45,683 nt of DNA from an uncultured Candidatus Saccharibacteria bacterium (lineage in GTDB: Bacteria; Patescibacteriota; Minisyncoccia; Phycocordibacterales; UBA9973). The position numbers and the translations under genes are program-made. The DNA is taken from positions 8,084-53,766 of the forward strand of contig CAZUAA010000002.1 of the NCBI GenBank assembly GCA_964618365.1. Reading direction: 5' to 3'. This document shows positions 44,668-45,683 of the stretch, piece after piece (within the stretch, counting starts at the first letter, position 1; every line of letters begins with the position of its first letter). The notes under the pieces were generated by a model. The model did not search any database and was not told the DNA's origin. It saw nothing but the letters and a program-made list of their open reading frames with translations.

Positions 44668-44726
44668 GTGACCCTAGGGGGTTCAAATTGGAATCGGATT
44701 GTGGAGAATATAAGGGGATTTAGGGA
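44668..44726. repeat. Cassette-junction repeat R5.
   Basis: GTGACCCTAGGGGGTTCAAATTGGAATCGGATTGTGGAGAATATAAGGGGATTTAGGG. Confidence 0.85.
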
Positions 44727-44740
44727 ATTGGCTATATTAT

Positions 44741-45244
44741 CTAACTAATTTTAGATAATATCAAACTGGCAATCTCTTCAGGGTTAAATTTAGTTGTATC
44801 AATTTCAGTAAATTCAGAAAAATCCTTAGCTTGTTGCATACTATGTGTATAATCAAATCTTTCTCTGTCTGGCATCCTTTTTCTTTCTTCCCCTCTTTTT
44901 TGTATTCTTTCCCATAAAACCTCCTTTGGAGCCGAAAGATAAAACATAAAGATATCAGCATTTTCTTTAATAGCAATTTCTTTAAATCTTTGATCACGTT
45001 CTTTTGTAATACCACTATCAATAACAACATTTACATTGTTTGAAAGGAAAGAATTAGTAATTGAAAATATTGCATCAAATGCTATTGTATTAAAATCATC
45101 AGTCGCTTTTGATTTAGTGATTAAATTCCTTATCATATCAAGCCCAACAAAAACGGTATTTTCCATTTTTTCTTTTAAGATTGCACTAACTGTTGATTTT
45201 CCAGCACCTCTTGCCCCATCTAAAATTATAAGTTTTGCTTTCAT
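44741..45244 (-). CDS. P-loop kinase/NTPase (AAA_33 / zeta-toxin / small-molecule-kinase-like).
   Basis: LIILDGARGAGKSTV Walker A. Size and layout fit small nucleotide or antibiotic kinases. The ATGA overlap with the upstream HAD gene suggests translational coupling. Confidence 0.75.
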   Translation of the reverse strand: MKAKLIILDGARGAGKSTVSAILKEKMENTVFVGLDMIRNLITKSKATDDFNTIAFDAIFSITNSFLSNNVNVVIDSGITKERDQRFKEIAIKENADIFMFYLSAPKEVLWERIQKRGEERKRMPDRERFDYTHSMQQAKDFSEFTEIDTTKFNPEEIASLILSKIS

Positions 45245-45683
45245 ATTTTTATGTTAAATTTTAATAATTCATCTTGAAGTTGATTAATCGATTTAAACAC
45301 AATACCATTTAACCCATATTCTTTTGCTTTAAGGATATTTTTCTCACCATCATCTATGAATATGGCTTCTTCTGGTTTAACTCCAAGTTTTTGTAATGTA
45401 ATATCAAATATTTCTTTAGTGGGTTTCTTTATCCCAAGTTCCCAAGAAAATGATTTTACTTCAAACAAATCTTTTATATCCCATTTATCCAATACACTTG
45501 CTTCAAAAACTGTAGTATTTGATATAAAACCGAGTTTATAATTTCCTTTAAGTTTTAGTAGTAATTCCTTCATTCCAGTAAACATTGTTGCTCTTTCAAT
45601 TCCTTCTCTGAATAAATTTATTATAAATTCTTCATTTTCATTATTATGTTCAATATTAAATTTCTTAAGAAAATTTATTGCCA
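45241..45683 (-). CDS. HAD-superfamily hydrolase (5' end beyond the window).
   Basis: GFISNT (motif II), KKP (motif III) and FIDDGEKN (motif IV). The frame stays open upstream of the listed ATG to the window edge, and the DxD motif I is not yet reached. Confidence 0.8.
   Translation of the reverse strand, partial: AINFLKKFNIEHNNENEEFIINLFREGIERATMFTGMKELLLKLKGNYKLGFISNTTVFEASVLDKWDIKDLFEVKSFSWELGIKKPTKEIFDITLQKLGVKPEEAIFIDDGEKNILKAKEYGLNGIVFKSINQLQDELLKFNIKI

Noticed and set aside
41261-44726. Whether the six repeats form a CRISPR array or are integron attC sites.
   Set aside because: The intervals are 0.4-1.1 kb and contain complete genes with promoters and terminators, not 30-40 bp spacers. 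The repeats are not identical. For attC, I could not draw the required imperfect hairpin, I found no RYYYAAC/GTTRRRY ends, and no intI is in the window. I keep only the looser cassette-junction interpretation.
1-45683. An alternative genetic code: UGA recoding as in Gracilibacteria/SR1, or general TAG/TAA reassignment.
   Set aside because: Conserved genes terminate cleanly at TGA (for example 3259-3261 and 45241-43), at TAA and at TAG. I saw no in-frame TGA in conserved genes. Only three isolated TAG/TAA interruptions exist, so mutation, sequencing error or occasional read-through is more economical than a code change.
40500-45683. A prophage, integrative element or defence island carrying known systems.
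   Set aside because: I recognise no integrase, transposase, phage structural gene, restriction-modification system, toxin-antitoxin pair, Cas protein or reverse transcriptase. The only recognisable products are a GATase, a P-loop kinase and a HAD hydrolase.

Overview
AT-rich (about 30% G+C by eye) bacterial chromosome segment that looks like a reduced-genome Patescibacteria/CPR (Parcubacteria-like) organism. That assignment is an inference from gene content and architecture. Genes are tightly packed and use the standard code; TAA, TAG and TGA all act as stops. Recognisable housekeeping genes are eno, a minimal pyk, a D-2-hydroxyacid dehydrogenase, rarA, rpmA, mnmA, an RlmI-like methyltransferase, mltG, typA, rseP, frr, a holB-like gene, mreB, a priA-like gene, rpsU-ybeY-ftsA-ftsZ, trxB, a GlmU-N-like nucleotidyltransferase, gpmI, tRNA-Val(GAC) and tRNA-Ser(CGA). 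No integrase, transposase, CRISPR array, reverse transcriptase or rRNA is visible. Eight things stand out. (1) At 40.5-45.7 kb, an accessory array of single-gene cassettes is delimited by six copies of a ~55-60 bp direct repeat, and most cassettes carry their own promoter and terminator. (2) At 13.2-18.3 kb, three tandem paralogues encode a large Cys-rich protein with homologous zinc-ribbon modules at both ends, followed by a RecA-fold protein with a lysine-less P-loop. (3) Three otherwise intact genes each carry a single in-frame stop; one TAG aligns exactly with a conserved Tyr in the neighbouring paralogues. (4) A ~100-nt GC-rich structured RNA candidate lies downstream of tRNA-Val, and its ends copy the tRNA-Val T-arm and acceptor. 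(5) About a dozen promoters place a (TGN)TATAAT box 6-8 nt from the ATG with no Shine-Dalgarno, implying leaderless mRNAs. (6) There are GC-rich palindromic islands, one intergenic and two in-frame inside mnmA. (7) The PriA homologue has degenerate Walker A and B motifs. (8) Long leader hairpins and a duplicated promoter-leader module occur in the cassette region.
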